Source of the DNA: Hypanus sabinus
Lineage: Eukaryota
Direction: 5' to 3'
Assembly: GCF_030144855.1 (NCBI RefSeq)
Contig: NC_082717.1
Location: 64,852,001-64,916,000, forward strand
Length of the DNA: 64,000 bases
Shown: positions 1 through 12,800 of the stretch, piece after piece
Numbering within the stretch: position 1 is the stretch's first letter
Layout of the letters: each line of letters begins with the position of its first letter
Position numbers and translations under genes: made by a program
Notes under the pieces: generated by a model
Told to the model about the DNA's origin: nothing
Seen by the model: only the letters and a program-made list of their open reading frames with translations
Databases searched by the model: none

Positions 1-778
1 TTTTAATTGAAATTTAGGTAACTACTTTAACATCACCCTTTAATTTTCCAGCTGCTGAAATTCTCAGTTACCTCCAACACAAATGTTGCAAAGTATTCCT
101 GGTTAGATTCCTTTATATTACCCCGTCAATTCAGTGTTCAGCTGGTTATGTCGAAGTTACCTACCATATTGTGTTCATCAACCTATCCTCCCTCCTGGCT
201 AGAAGTATCAGCCATGAGGGTTTGGTGGTCGGGGAAGAGTCAGTCACCAGCAGACGCTGATTCAGGTACTGATAAGATAAAGCAAAGATGATCTGGCCAG
301 CCACTATCCATCCATTGGCAGACTGACCCTCTAGACAATTGTGATACATATTTTAAAATACCCCATTGACTTATCCATGATCACACTCAATGTGTCACAT
401 ATCAATCATCCAAAGTACCTGCAAATCTCATGGTGGTTTCTGTTATTCTCAGATTTAATTGCTTCCACTTTTGGCATTCAAGCTTTCAGATTTCAAACCT
501 TTGGCTCCAGAATTCATTTCATAAAGCATTTTGATTTTCAGTACACTCCATCCACAAGCTCTGAAATCCTTGCCTGAAGAATAATTATTCAACTTATTCA
601 ACACATCCTCTCCCCAATTCCCCCTAGTATTCATTGAATCAAACTCTGAGCTCTTCTTAAACATGGGAGTACAAGATAAACAGAAATTATTCATTTGGAT
701 GTTAACAAATCAAATGAGAAAAGTTGTTTTGTAAACAACATCTTGCCAGCAAGATCACAGGGTTTAACCTGCACTTAC

Positions 779-813
779 CTTGTGGCCTCATCCAGTAGTA
801 GAATTTTGGGATT
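779..813 (-). CDS. ABCB10: ABCB10 exon 12 (Walker B)
   Basis: [11 protein letters not shown]; 35 nt, donor AG|gtaagt. Confidence 0.94.
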
Positions 814-3800
814 CTGAAAAAAACAAATGATCAAAAACAGTTAACCCTCAGAACTGAATACACAAGAAATTTAGATATCTGTAAGCAAATGGGAATGTCA
901 CCAACAGGAATTACACCTTCATTATTCCATTCACTTGACAATTACAGAATATAAAGTTAAAGTGAGATACTGAACTGATGAGATTCAAATGATTTAGCAG
1001 TTCAGATACATCGTGAATTTCAAAAAAGCTGAATGGGGTGTAAAGTTATAATATGGGACTTGTTTATATTTAAAGGAGGATGATAATTACCTTCATCAGA
1101 GCTCGAGCAATTGCAACCCTTTGTTTCTGGCCACCTAGGAAGATACAAAGATTGAAAGCAACTTACACCACCATCTCACAGCAAGCAATAGCCTAGATAA
1201 TACAGTCTAGTGGGCTCACCTGAAAGTAAGACACCTTTTTCCCCGACCACTGTTTGAAAGCCTTTGGGGAAGCTGCAAATGAACTCATAAGCATTTGCAA
1301 TCTTGGCAGCCTTTTCAATATCTTCCATTGTTACATTAGAGTCCTTGGTGGCACCATAAGCTATATTCTCTGCAATCGAGCAGGAGAACAGAATGGGCTC
1401 CTGAGAACCAAAAACGTACTTAACATCAAAAAACTCATTGTTAACCTACCCAATGTGACCCCCACCCACAACCAACCTCATCTGTTCCACTGCTCAACAC
1501 ACCCCACCCAGCTCCTTGTCTGCCCAAGTCACTGTCCTTCTAGTCTGCTAGATTCTTGGTTTACTTGTACCCCATCTTCTCAAACACTAGCTTTACCTGA
1601 TTCACCACACCGATGTTTTCACGTAACCAGCGTGGATTGATGGTGCGAATGTCATGGCCATCAACAACAATAGTACCTAAAATGGAAATAATTAATTAAT
1701 TAATTAATTACTGTTTTATGCCATGGACTTCCACTGCTCAATGTGTTATTTGCAGGAGAAATGGTAACTGCAGTTAATTTCATTCCTTTCATCAGGACTT
1801 TTTCCAGATAATATGATAGAATAATTAGCTTCTAAAACTTTGCATTATATTCCAAACTTACCCAAAACTGGATCATACAGACGAAGCAACAGGGACACCA
1901 GTGTTGATTTTCCTGAGCCACTGGGACCAACTACAGCCATTACAGAGCCTGCTGGGATAGACAGATCTAGCCCGCTAAATACGTTAACTTCTTGGCGGGT
2001 TGGATAGGCAAACTGGATGCCACGGAACTCTATGGCTCCTTTGAACTCCTCTGGTTGCAAAATCTTGCCCTCTAAAACCAAAATCAGGAATAGATATTTT
2101 GAGTAAACTAAGAATCAAATGTACAAATGGGACAGATTCTAAAATTTGTATTTAAGTTGGAACTAAAGATTTAAGGTCTTAACACAAGTTTAATGCCCCA
2201 AAGGAGATTGAGCTAAACTCTGCTCCTTTTCACACCACTCACCACCTGCTAACCACCAAGCAAAGTGAACTCAAACTATAGCTCACACACACTATGCAAA
2301 AAAAACTTGAAATCCAAGAGCTGGTGGCTGAAAGTAGCACTTCTCATTCCCTTACAAATACACTGAATGCTGTTGACATATACTTGGATCTAAAGTTTAA
2401 TAACTTTATTAAAGTTTAATAAGGTCCATAAACTTTAGTGGACTTCCATTATTGAGCAAAGTTCAACTTTATTGATACAGTGCTCAAACATCAATTCTCA
2501 ACGTTGCTCCAGGTATTGGCTAGAGAGCAAAACAGATGCATCTGCTGTATTTCTGAGATTCCACACTGCTAATTCAATTCTACTGATTTCCATGTTCGGG
2601 TTTCAACATTTTGGACCATTAATGTGACATTTCATTTGCAATGTTATTGCTTATTTTTGTACATTAAATTCAATAACTTATCATCAGTATCGGCTCACCA
2701 TCATCATTAAAGAAAGGATTTAAGCCCCTTGACCCTTTCTGAGAATTGCTGGTGAGAACAGTGAGCAAATGGGCATCCGGTAACTGAGAAGCATCGCGAA
2801 ACAGCATCTGAGTGAGAGAAAAAAATCACCACAGCAACTTACCATGGAGTGGCATTGCCGGTTTCCTTTCAAGTAGCTCCCATAACCGACTCCCGGCACC
2901 AAGTCCCTTCATTAAAGCCGAATAGAAAGCGCCAAGGCCTGGAAAATGGATCAGATTGAAACCAGCAGTGCTACGTTCAAAACAAATAAATAGCCCCCAC
3001 TTGCATTTCCATAGAGTTGACCATTCTGTGTACAAAAGCAGTCCTGTGACAATTGCAGTTGCTTATCCTTAATTTTCCTCTCTCCAGAATTTCCTTTGTC
3101 TTCCTGTTACTCATGACTCTACCAATAAACACTAATCTTACTATATTCAAAAAAAACTTAATGTGAAGCAAAGTGCAATTAAATTAGTAAAGTTACCTCC
3201 AATACTTATTCCCACCCAGAAAGCGTACATCATGAAGGAAGTGAGTTCTCCCACTGTCATGTGGGCTTCACCCATCATCAGTCCTCCCTTGTAAAGCACT
3301 GACAAAACTATCAAGTTTCCTGTCAGTCCAGCCTGAAAAGATAGACATAAACCTGGATCAGTACAAGTTTTCCCATTTCACTCAGACAGAAGTGTGTGAT
3401 ACCTGCAAGCATGTGTCACCCATGGTTTCAGGAATAAAAGAGTCACCTGTAAATTTGTACCAGGTATATGATACCCATGAGGGAAATCCACCGACCAGCA
3501 TTCAGGATCAGAACAGAGATAAGAGGTAAAGCAATAGAGAGCATGATAGGAGGAAAAAAAAACTGGTTGCATATGATGTGTTAGACAATAGACAATAGGT
3601 GCAGAAGTAGACTATTCGGCCCCTCGAGTCTGCACCGCCATTTTGAGATCATGGCTGATCATTCACTATCAATACCCAGTCCCTGCCTTGTCCCCATATC
3701 CCTTGATTCCCCTATCCATCAGATATCTATCTAGCTCCTTCTTGAAAGCAAAAGTGTTCAGGGAAGAGTATGTGCACGGCTCTCAGCCATCAACCTAAGA

Positions 3801-6800
3801 TGACTGCTGGGATATAGGCTGGCTTTTTACTAGTCTATGATTTTAATATTGACTAATGTTTGCCTAGTATTGACTAATATTGACTAGTGTTTAGCTGCAT
3901 CATCTGAGAAATACTTGATGCATGTTCAGATCACTATGGTTAGATTAAGCTTTGAGGAATGCCGATCAAGTGATTGTAGACACAATGACATTTTCATTGT
4001 GGTCAGGCTGTGGAAGCAAAAGGTGGGGATTAATGAGGTTCAGGGAAGGTGGGGGGGGGGGTAAGAGAGAGTAATGAGGTTCAGAAGAAAAATGCAATGC
4101 ACTGAATGCAAGGTAAAGAATTGGTGAGAATACTTTCTGAAGGCTTGTTGTGTTTCTAAAGTTGCCTGCTTTGCTTAGGTAAGTCTTTGTACAATGTGAC
4201 TTCGGACACTAACAGTTTGAAGAAATTTACTGAAATCAGATACACACTAACTATTTTTGCTGCCCATCAGCTGACAAGCTGCAGCTTAAGTCTCTGAAGC
4301 ACACAACCATTAATGTGTCAGCCTAGGTCGGGGGTCGGCAACCCGCGGCTCCGGAGCCACATGTGGCTCTTTTACGTCTGTGCTGCGGCTCCCTGTTGCT
4401 TTGGGAAATAATTGGTTGTGGCGACCCTTTTCCTGGCACATCTGAACCGACTCACAATTAGATAGTCTACGGGGGTTTGCGAGCACAGAGCTTTGGAGCC
4501 TCTGCGCCATGGGGGGCAGGTTGAGGGAGGCTTAAAAGTGAGGCTGAAGTTTTCGAATAAAGTTTTTTCCTTCGACTGCAGTTACCGACTCCGTGTCGTA
4601 ATTTTAGCGCTGCGTGTAGCACACCGCTACATGGTCAGTATTTAATTAAAATGTATTTTATGTTAGTTTGTTAGTTTTTGAAATGTAAATCTAAATTTGA
4701 AGATTATGGTGATCTTGTACAATCTAAATAAGACGTTGTGGCGACCCATTTCCTGACACATCCGAACCGGCACACAATTAGCCAGCGTTCAGGCTAAGGG
4801 AGATAGCCTATGGGGGTTTGTGAGTACGTGTCTTTTGCAGCATCCGCGCCCATGGGGGGGTGGGTTGAGGGAGGCTTAAAAGCAAGGCTGTTTAGTTTGA
4901 ATAAAGCTATCTTTGACTGCAGTTTACTGACACCGCTACAACGTGTTTTTATCGCTGGCTGTCCAGAGGGAAGGTGCTGAAACGTTTTGTCGCGTGTCTG
5001 GAAGAAGTGAAAACTTTCCTGGGCAGCAAAGGGCTCAACTTTCCTGAGCTGGAACAGCCAGAGTGGCTGGAAAAGCTACACTTCATGGTAGACATGACAG
5101 CGCACCTGAACACGCTGAACACAGCTCTTCAGGGGAAAGGACGTACAACCCTGCACATGTTGGAGGATGTTTTGGCATTCGAGCGCAAGTTGACGTTGCT
5201 TGCCAGAGATTTACAGAAATGCACATTGTCTCACTTCCCCAATTTGAGAGAGTTCAAACAAGGTCACGACATGATAAATTCGGAGTATTTACATTCTGCA
5301 ATCATCGCAATGCAAACATCGTTTGGGAAACGCTTTTGTGAGTTCAGAGAGGAAAAAAAAACACATTATCCTTCCCGGTCACTCCCCTAAGCATCGATTC
5401 ATCTCTACTGAATACGACTGCATTGTCAGGTGTGAGTCAACCTGAACAAGTATGATAAATATTTTAATTGCCTATTATTTTACGTATATTCATATGTTTT
5501 CATTGTTCAGTGAAATAGTCCTTTTATTTTTCAGGTTGACAGCTGGCTGACGTTATTTTTGGTTTGCTGCTGGCGGCAAATTTAAGTTTGGCGTTTTTCA
5601 TAAATACAAGAAGGACTCAAATAGACGTTGAGTATTTTACTTAAAAGTAACCTTCAACTCAACGTCTTTTTTTCGGAGTTCAAAATGTTTTTGTTGCATG
5701 CAGAAATGTAATTTCGTTTTCTCTGCAGGAGTTCATCAATTTCATAAATGCAACACATTATAGTTTGTTTATACATAGCATAAAGGCAAAACAAAACGTT
5801 GTATGCAGTGTTATTTCATTTTAAATGTCAAACGGGTTTTGCGGCTCCCAGTGTTTTCTTTTCTGTGGGAAACGGGTCCAAGTGGCTCTTTCAGTGGTAA
5901 AGGTTGCTGACCCCTGGCCTAGGTCATAGATCTTGGCAGGCTCAGTGCACCATTCATAAATTAGCTTAGTGTCAGTGATTAACCAACTAGTTTAAACAAA
6001 TGAACTCTAGTCTTATGCATATTTTGGATGGGTATACTAAATAGAATGGGAAAAGAAATAAGCCTATGAGATTTATTTATTATTTGAGTTTATTTCTAAA
6101 TTTCATATTTGCCTCCAAGGTCTAAGGCATACATGCATATATTATGAAGCTATAAATTTGTCCTCATGTCATCTGCCTCTGACATTCACTATCCCACCTA
6201 TCAATATAACAATGAAACTCTCCCACGCACTCCAAGTCAGAGCTACTGTGTTTGGTAAAATGCTCAAAATTTGCTTGAACTGATTTTCCCAAGGTTAATA
6301 AATTCAGTGAAGCACATAATTCTGAAAACACAACAACCATAGAAAAAAAAGTTAACCGTTGTAGAGGAGGTTCATGTCATGTACATGACAGACTAACTTG
6401 GAAATAGTTCAGAAGGGAGACACTTTCAAGCTTTCTCAAAACCACATTAAAAGATCTATTAACTGTCTTGCAGCAATTGTATCATAGCTTGGCACTCTGT
6501 CTGGGAACTATTTTCCATGAAGCTATCCAGCAATGATATTTGCTACAATGATACTACTTTTTCAGTTTGCTCATTGAATTTCCAAATCAAGTTAAGAGAA
6601 AGCTTATTCTATCGCAATTTAGGATAAGAAAGGTCATGTGATCTTCTGAGAATGGTGACTGAATCATAGAACTTGGTGCTTTAACTGTACAAAAGTGCAA
6701 GAAAATAAATTCAAAGACATAATAAGTTGGTACTTACTGCCCCATAAAACCCTGCCCGGGCCACAGCTTCTTTCTTGGCCAGGTGCAGCACACGGTTGAT

Positions 6801-9800
6801 CTTGCTCATGTACACTTGCAGCTCCACGTCCTCTTTGGCAAAGGCACGGACAGTTCTTATATTTCCAATGCGCTCTTCAGCAAGCTATGAATGGAAAGTC
6901 AAGGTCACTGTACATATTTTAAAAATCTGATCATTGGCCAGCTCCATTTGACTCCATACAAAACATGTTATACGGATTCAGTTTTTGATTTGCAGAGTTA
7001 GCCATTTCAATTGAAGTGATGGGAGAGCTCTTAGTCAATCTAAGAGTCACCAGTTGTGAGAAAGTGAAGGGAAAGCCGAGAATCCTGTGACCATCACTTA
7101 TTCATCAATGGTTGCTGGCACAAAATCAAAACCAAGGGTCTAAAGATGTTCAACAACCAGGAGATACTGTAGTGGAACTTTTAATTCAGAGGAAGTGGAA
7201 AGCTAGCAAGATGACACCACCATTTCATTCTAATACCAAACTAGATTGGTGCTTTCATTAACAATTTGCCTTTTAATTGCAAGTTAAATTGTCTGCTTTG
7301 ATTATTTATTCTGGAAGTTTCCATTTTTGTGATTTTTTTTAAAAGGAGACAATCTTCAAGTTTTGATGATAAAATGTGGTACAATTAATGTGTTTAGTCT
7401 GGTACAGAGGAACTTGGGTAAAAATAGCATTTAGGCAAGAACCACTTACATTCTTGAGGAACCAAAAGCATAAAAGAAGCATTAATTAATTACCAATTTA
7501 AAGCTCAGAACAGAAACAAATGAGGTATTATTTCCCTGCTGACTTAAAAAAATCAGATATCCAATAATTTTATCAATAGTCATCAAAAGCCTAGATTTCT
7601 TAGTCATATTTCTCCAAATACTTTCTTTTTGAAGAATGTATTCATTTGGGACAGTCATAAGAACATCAATTCAACATTCTTTTCCTTAATGGGCCACTCA
7701 TCAAAACCTTTGCAGGAAAAGAAATGTTACTTGTAAGGTTGAACTCCAAATATCCCACTTTTCAATGCAATGCAAATGTTCATGCAAGGTCAGAATATTG
7801 GGACAGCAACATGACCACAACAAGCAACATTATTTGCAAGAAAAGTGTTAGTCAGGTTATCACAAACCATTTTTCTGTTCTTTGAAAGGTAGCAATAGCC
7901 CCGACCAGAGAGAAAATGAGGACTTATTTCATGTCCCATCTGCAAGAGTGCACTTCAAGAATGCAGCAATATGAGTACCTTTTGCCTCAGTCTCTTGGAA
8001 AGAAACTTAATGTCATACTAGACAAAAGGCATACTTCTACAGAACCACTTTACTCATGGTCATGTTAAGAAAGGGACAAAGTGAGCAGGACAAACAGGAG
8101 AAAATCTGCAGATGCTGTAAATCCAAGCAACACACACAAAATGCTGGAGGAACTCAGCAGGCCAGGCAGCATGTGTGGAAAAGAGTGCAGTCATTGTTCT
8201 GGGCCAAAACTCTTTGGCAAGCCTGAATGAAGATCAAAATGTTGACTACTCTTTTTCTAGATGCTGTTGAGTTCCTCCAGCACTTTGAAAGTGAGCAGAA
8301 CAGTGTGATAGCTTGTTGTACTGCTGCCTCTTAGCTTAAATTGAATTACACATAAAGACAAAACTACACATGGCTCAAGTAGCACATAAACCTTTTGCAG
8401 TGACAATCTTCAGTGCTTATATCACTACGTATACACTGCATGTAGAAATATCAGGGGGAAAGTTGATAAATAATACTAGAATAATGTGAACTTTGGATTT
8501 GGGAACATTCATTACAGGAACAGTGACTCCCCATTGAGGACAACAAGTTTGTTCTGAAGGTAAATTGTTGATGCCATGTGAAAACTTGTCTTCAGCAAAC
8601 TGTGGACTTGCATCCCAAACCCTTCTGTGTTTCAATACTCCTCAGCTCCCTACGATTTAAGTCCTACCAGAATTTCACTTTCCAAAATGCATATTATTTT
8701 TCTAGATTAAATTCCAGTTGCTACCACCTTGTTCAATTTTCCTGATGAGCTATGTACTGCTGCATCTTTTTTTTTTTGAAAACTTTTTTTATTGCATTTT
8801 TAAGTAGTTACAAAGTAAAGTATGAAAAAAAAGTATATAACCCTTCCCGCCCTTAACCCCTCCCCCCCTAACTGCCCTATAGAAAAAAAAGAGAGAGAGA
8901 AAAAAAAAAGAAAGAGTGCCTGGTTGTTGGAAGATCTCCACATGCTCCATGGAATTCGTAATAACTTTAATATGTATATTTATTTATTTCCCCAAATAAC
9001 CAATTGTTTCATCTTCAGAGCATCTATATATTTAGTCCTGTCTTTTGTAAATAAGGGCTCCAAATTTTCAGAAATGTTTCATATTTATCTCTTAAATTAT
9101 AAGTAATTTTTTCTAATGGAATACAGCCATAGATTTCTTTCTTCCAAGAGTCTATACTTAAATATGTATCCGATTTCCTACTGCTGCATCTTGAGAGAAC
9201 TCTCTGCTCTCTACAATTCCAACACGTTCCCCATCGTCTACAAACTTAACAGATTGTGCTGCGAATTGCTTGTGGTCTAAATGACTGTAGCTTGATTGAG
9301 TGCTCAATTATGGGCACAAGGGGAACACAGGAGCGGTTTCTCTGATCATGCAAATTTAATCATTTTGGGCTCATACTGAAGACCATCATTTAGTACATTG
9401 CTTTAAAATCTCACAGTTTTTTCACACAATTTAGAGGTTAAATCCAAGGCTGGAGATTACACTTTGGTGGGTCCAGCCTTTGAGGGGAAGACAGCTGCCA
9501 ACTGGTGGGTTATAGATAAGCATGCAACTTGCTCCAATACAACAGACCCGCCTTGACCAAACCTAAGCTTTCAAACACTGAGTTCATTATCAGCAGTGAT
9601 GCAAAATTCTCTGAATTTACCACTGAAGTTTTGTTTTATTGGTCTTACAGAATTTGTTAGTTCTTTATGGTTTGGCTTCAGAATCACATACAAAAGATCA
9701 ACAAGGGCTAAAAGATATTTAAGAAATCTTCTGGCCATCCGAAGCACATCAGATAGCCAATACTGAGAAGGATTTCATGCTTTTCAAGTGGGAAGGCAGG

Positions 9801-12800
9801 AGTAACACAGCTTGTTTTTTTGACCCACACAGCAAAGGCACTTGTAAAGTTTGAGGTATGAATCTCACAAGCAGAAAAGATGCAAAAGAATTGACAGATG
9901 ACAGAAGTACAAGGTCTATTTAATTTGCCTTATACCATCCTGCTAGTTACATGACACAACAATATTGGGGTTCTTAACTAATCTCAGCAATCACTCTCCC
10001 CTTGTCCAGGAGAATCCCAGATAAAAAGGGTGGGAACGCCTGGTAGGTCCAGGGTGTCCAATACCTCCTGATTACGCTACGCTCAACATCTCAACTGCTC
10101 ATTCATTAGATCCCAAAATGTCATTGCATTAATCAATGTTAATTATATAAAAATGAATCACTAGCATTTCACAATTTGAAGTTTCATTATAATCACCTGC
10201 CTATTGAAATGCTTTGGCAAATTATTTTTAAATTACCCCACTCAAATGTAGGCCATAACAAAATTATTATTTTCATTTCTATCTGTAATCTCAGAAATAA
10301 TAGTCCCAAGGCTCAGTCATATTTTCCCACTCCATCAAATTGGAGAAGAGTTCTGTGAAAAAGAAAATAGTACAAGAAAGATTAGTCCTGACTGAACCAG
10401 TGAACATTAACTAATGAAGGCAGTGAAGCATTTACTGGCCATGTCAGAGATCCAGGGAAAAACACAGGGCGTGGATTGACTGGTTTTATCAGCTGTACAA
10501 GCTTAACACCCAATTGTCTCCAGATGTGGTAACAAGGCCATATCTGCTGTGCAGCCCAAAATGGTTCAGTGTGGAGTTAGATGTAAATTCTGAATTCTTC
10601 ATGCAAAGCCATATGGATACTCAGACAGTATAAACATACTGGTCACAAAAAGCATCTCTGTGCAGGTGAATCTCGTCTTTCCTACAGTCCCATTTCACTT
10701 CCTTCAAGCACCACATTCCAAACCAGAACAGGTTTTGCAAAAAAAAAAGCCCCTCATTCCCTCTTCTTTTGAAAAATATCTTACATCTTTGTTTTCTAGA
10801 TTCTACTTTGTCCATAGTCTGTCCTTTTCTCACTCAAAATTCAAAAATTCCTTCAAATAAAATCCTGCTTTTGTATGAAAACAAATAATCTTAGTGTTCT
10901 GATCCAAAGATTAAAGTGCATTTCCATGATAAACAAGCTGTTAGATTTCTAGAAAGGTGAACAAAAATGAGGAATAAGGACCTTTCTGTTTGCCTCTCTC
11001 CTGAATCATGCTGCCTCCCGAAACCTAGAGATGAAAGAAAACATAGCACTTTACCTGTGTGGCATCAGCTAGTGAATCCTGAGTTACTCCAGCAAGCTTG
11101 CGAACGTATCGTCCATAAAACACCGCTAACACAGCGACAGGGGGTATAATGCCCAGGACAAACATGGCCAACTGCGATGAGACCCAAAACTATTCACAAG
11201 GAACAATGAATGATTAATTAGCAACAAGCACCAATGCTCATTGAATGGCATTCCAAAATTTTAAAATTAAATTTTTAACACATCAGGTTAAAACAATTAA
11301 CATATTAACTATGGCTAAGATGCCAAGTCCGGAGAAACAAAGATAAAGGTCCTGTTCATTTTCAGTAGTTTAATATTCCACTGTATTCCTCACTGTGTTT
11401 TTGAAGACCTTTGTCACCTGCAATATGAGTTACAACTTTTACTGATCTAACCAATCGCACAGATCAGCAAACAAGAGACTTGTCTTCAGATCAATTTCAT
11501 GAAGTTACAACTATATTTATATCTCAGCTTGCTGTAATTGATAATGTCTTGATGCTTTTCGGAAATAAAACTGTGAAAACTGGAAATACTATGAGTGTTA
11601 AAGGATAGATTTAATGGGCTTACATCAGAAGCGCTAAAACAGGATGTTTCTTTTTTTATTTCAGAATTCTAGCACCTGCAGTATTTTGCTCAAGGGCCTT
11701 AACACGCATCATATATAATGCAAAATCTTCATTTCATCCACATGAACACATATTATGCCCAACTTTAAAAGCACTTATAATTAACAAGCAAGAAGTTGGG
11801 AGGGGTTGGGTCAAGGCAGGCTCTTCTGCAATGGCTTGCACGGAAGAAGAGCCAACCATAAGTCACAGTCCTGAAAATGGCTATTGGAATTTATGACAGT
11901 TACTGGGACAAACTAATGGCTTTAGATGAGAAGACTTACGGGCAGAAAGGATGGTCATAGGGCCTTGCAGGGCTGCAAAGACACTTAGATTTACCACAAA
12001 AGATGCATACAGACAAATGCAACCATTGAACATTTTGTCTCAATTTGTCTCATTTTGACAGCTGTTGAAAAACAGATATTGCAGAACCAACGGCTTTAAA
12101 CTCACATTTCAGAACATAAATAATGCAGAATGCAAACTTCTTCAGTTCAAAATTTCACAAAATAAAATTACTATACATACTCCAAGAATGGACGGTGTTA
12201 CGAAGGATGAACAACTCTGATGGGCAGAAGGGTGCAAGGCTGCCCATTTCCCCTTCCCCTGGGAGAATTACAAACCGTTACTGTTGCCAGGCTGCTAATG
12301 AGAGAGAAAGAGATGGAACAAAAACATACTGGGACTGGAACATTTGCTTCAGACAAGGGCGAGATAACACGGGGGAGCGAGACCATATTATGACTCCTGT
12401 AAGACTTACGGCTCCGGAGAGGGCTGTTTACTTGGTACCATTCTGTTCATTAAAATTCCTCAGTGGACAGCCAGAGTGGGCTGGTTTGATGGGCTAAGCC
12501 ATTCAAAACTGATTGACACCTGAGACCCCGTGAATAGGGATAAAAGTGAGGTCTGGGGAGACACCCCTCAGACACACCAAGAGACACACTAGTGAGCACT
12601 GTTTAAGTGTTGGAACCCACGAGAAAAGTGTGGGGCATCGGAGACCGAACGAAGGATCGTTCAATTTTAACTCTCAGTGTTTATAGTGAGGCTGGTGGGA
12701 GCTTGTGTGTGTGTCCACCCTAGCCTGGGTGACGAATCCACCATAGAAGAACGGTCTAGCTAAAGGACAGAGGGGTCATACCTGAATGGCCACAACAACA

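Larger units (their letters stand above)
4329..5916 (+). mobile_element. Non-autonomous hAT (Charlie/Buster-type) DNA transposon with transposase remnant
   Basis: 15-bp TIRs (CGGGGGTCGGCAACC / GGTTGCTGACCCCTG, 13 of 15 match); perfect 8-bp TSD GCCTAGGT at 4321-4328 and 5917-5924; internal peptide [12 protein letters not shown]...[11 protein letters not shown] (ORF 4974-5390). Confidence 0.92.

Noticed and set aside
1-778. Expected ABCB10 final exon (D-loop SALD, H-loop IAHRLST)
   Set aside because: Not found on the minus strand here; presumed outside the window, so no truncation or pseudogene is claimed
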